A stretch of 17,537 bases of DNA from Promethearchaeota archaeon. Lineage in GTDB: Archaea; Asgardarchaeota; Lokiarchaeia; Sigyniarchaeales; SOKP01. The stretch spans positions 111,884 to 129,420 of the forward strand of contig JBHLLU010000004.1 of the NCBI GenBank assembly GCA_048938895.1, read 5' to 3'. The position numbers and the translations under genes were made by a program. This document shows, one piece after another, positions 16,051 to 17,537 of the stretch (position 1 is the first letter of the stretch; every line of letters begins with the position of its first letter). The notes under the pieces were generated by a model. It was not told where the DNA came from. It searched no databases and saw only the letters and a program-made list of their open reading frames with translations.

Positions 16051-16698
16051 ATGCCTAGCAGTATATTTTCCCATCAAGCACCAGGATTATTGTTAAAAAT
16101 GAAATACCCTAAGATGTTTGATGGAACTGCCCTTTGTATAAGTACTATAATTCCTGATATTGATATACTATTTGGTCCTTTTCTACCATTCGAATTTAGG
16201 AACCTAACTCACAGCCTATTAGGCATAATAATTCTCACTATCCCATTATCTATAATTTTAACTATTATATTTAGCAAGAATATCGGCCCATTTTTGGCAG
16301 AAAGAGTAAAGAAGAGAAAGATTTTTCATAGACCCATGAGATATTTTGGGATTGAGAAATTTGATGTTTTGAAGTACAAGAAAATAAATAAAAGATTTTT
16401 TATAGTTAGTTTTTATTCAGCATTTATCGGAGGATTATTACATCTTTTACTTGATCTCCCATCTCATGAGAAGATTGAATTTTTTTTTCCGATCATCTTG
16501 CAAACCCCTGAAATATTATTATATTCAATTGTCAATTATGGTACCTTTCATTTTGGGGGCATAGTACTTGATGGCAATATCAGAGTTTACGATCTTATCT
16601 GGCTTATTGAAACGCTGGCATTTCTAATTTTATCTCTATACCTTCTTAGATTGATTAAGAAACGTGATTTAATTCATAAATGGTATGAAACAATATGA
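16051..16698 (+). CDS. DUF4184-like membrane protein (putative metal-dependent hydrolase)
   Basis: MPS..FSH..P, PD, TH and H.LLD..SH motifs with hydrophobic segments. Confidence 0.7.
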   Translation: MPSSIFSHQAPGLLLKMKYPKMFDGTALCISTIIPDIDILFGPFLPFEFRNLTHSLLGIIILTIPLSIILTIIFSKNIGPFLAERVKKRKIFHRPMRYFGIEKFDVLKYKKINKRFFIVSFYSAFIGGLLHLLLDLPSHEKIEFFFPIILQTPEILLYSIVNYGTFHFGGIVLDGNIRVYDLIWLIETLAFLILSLYLLRLIKKRDLIHKWYETI

Positions 16699-17537
16699 AT
16701 TACGATAAAGTATCTGCTGAAAAGATGACACAGAAGAAAGAAGTTATCGCTTATCTATTATTAATCTTGACTATGGTAATATGGGGTGGAACTTGGCCTT
16801 TAGGGCGATGGTTAGTTTCTAAAGAGGTAGGAGGGGCGACAATCCCACCATTAATGATTGCGGTGATTCGTTACTTTCTTGCAATACTTTGTTTCTTTCC
16901 GATCTTAAAAATTAAGGAAGGAACCTTAAATTGGCAATTTGCAAAAGAACATTGGAAAGTTCTGATGCTAATGGGTTTTTTATCAGTAACAGTTTACCAA
17001 GTAGGATATCTTTTAGGGGAAATCTTTACAGCCGCGAGTGATGCTAGTATAATGGTGGCTACAAATGCGATTTGGGTGGTTATTCTATCTAGTATATTTT
17101 TAAAAACAGAATATTTTACTTGGAAAAAAGTACTTGGGACTGTTTTAGCCTTCATAGCAGTTATTATTGTTGTAGGATTTTCTCCTAATGTGGATGTCTT
17201 AAATCGAATTTTAGGCGATATTTTGATTTTAGGGGCTGCATTTGCCTATGCAATTTATACAGTAACTTCAAGGTCTTTCATAAATAAAACTCAGATGAAT
17301 ACTCAATCTCACCAACCTTCTTCTCTGTGGATAATTACATGGGTATCTTTCTTTGGATTTTTAATTACTATACCTTTTGGTATTGTTGTAAGTCCCCAAT
17401 ATCTTAACCCTCTCGAATTTCTTAATGTCCCTCTACGAGTCTGGATCGGAATTTCATATCTAGCTTTTATTTCTACTATTGGAGCATATACATTCTATTT
17501 AGAAGGTGTTAAACGTCTAAATGCAAGCAGAGCGGCA
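16695..17537 (+). CDS. DMT/EamA family transporter (3' end outside window)
   Basis: Not in the ORF track. ATG at 16695 overlaps the upstream TGA (ATGA): MNYDKVSAEKMTQKKEVIAYLLLILTMVIWGGTWPLGR...IPPLMIAVIRY...YLAFISTIGAYTFYLEGVKRLNASRAA; IWG and P...A..R are EamA hallmarks. Confidence 0.9.
   Translation, partial: MNYDKVSAEKMTQKKEVIAYLLLILTMVIWGGTWPLGRWLVSKEVGGATIPPLMIAVIRYFLAILCFFPILKIKEGTLNWQFAKEHWKVLMLMGFLSVTVYQVGYLLGEIFTAASDASIMVATNAIWVVILSSIFLKTEYFTWKKVLGTVLAFIAVIIVVGFSPNVDVLNRILGDILILGAAFAYAIYTVTSRSFINKTQMNTQSHQPSSLWIITWVSFFGFLITIPFGIVVSPQYLNPLEFLNVPLRVWIGISYLAFISTIGAYTFYLEGVKRLNASRAA

Noticed and set aside
1-17537. CRISPR array, tRNA/rRNA, IS element or integrase
   Set aside because: No regularly spaced repeats, no GC-rich structured RNA-like segment and no transposase or recombinase motifs were seen by eye.

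Overview
AT-rich archaeal DNA, most likely from an Asgard archaeon (Lokiarchaeia/Promethearchaeota). This is an inference from TTTATATA TATA boxes, GAGGTGA Shine-Dalgarno-like sites, oligo-T terminators, two surface proteins with IP-x-(F/G)-TM-basic C-terminal tails and a stand-alone zinc-ribbon/RING protein. About 22 CDS are supported, two of them partial and missing from the ORF track: a cyclin/TFIIB-fold-like protein at <1-607 (-) and an EamA transporter at 16695->17537 (+). Most genes are ordinary enzymes or transporters: cyclase family, UMF1-type MFS, TIGR04076, Eis-type GNAT, alpha/beta hydrolase, gpmA, sulfite-oxidase-like, RimJ/L GNAT, CPBP protease, SPL-like radical SAM and DUF4184-like. 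The most striking unexplained signal is a family of four small paralogous ORFs (1355-1585, 7998-8204, 8318-8629, 8654/8741-8959) that share an almost gap-free ~45-aa C-terminal motif. One copy lies in a divergent module with an RHH/winged-helix regulator and the cyclin/TFIIB-like gene; the other three form a tandem array facing the RING-finger gene. No rRNA, tRNA, CRISPR array or mobile element was recognised.
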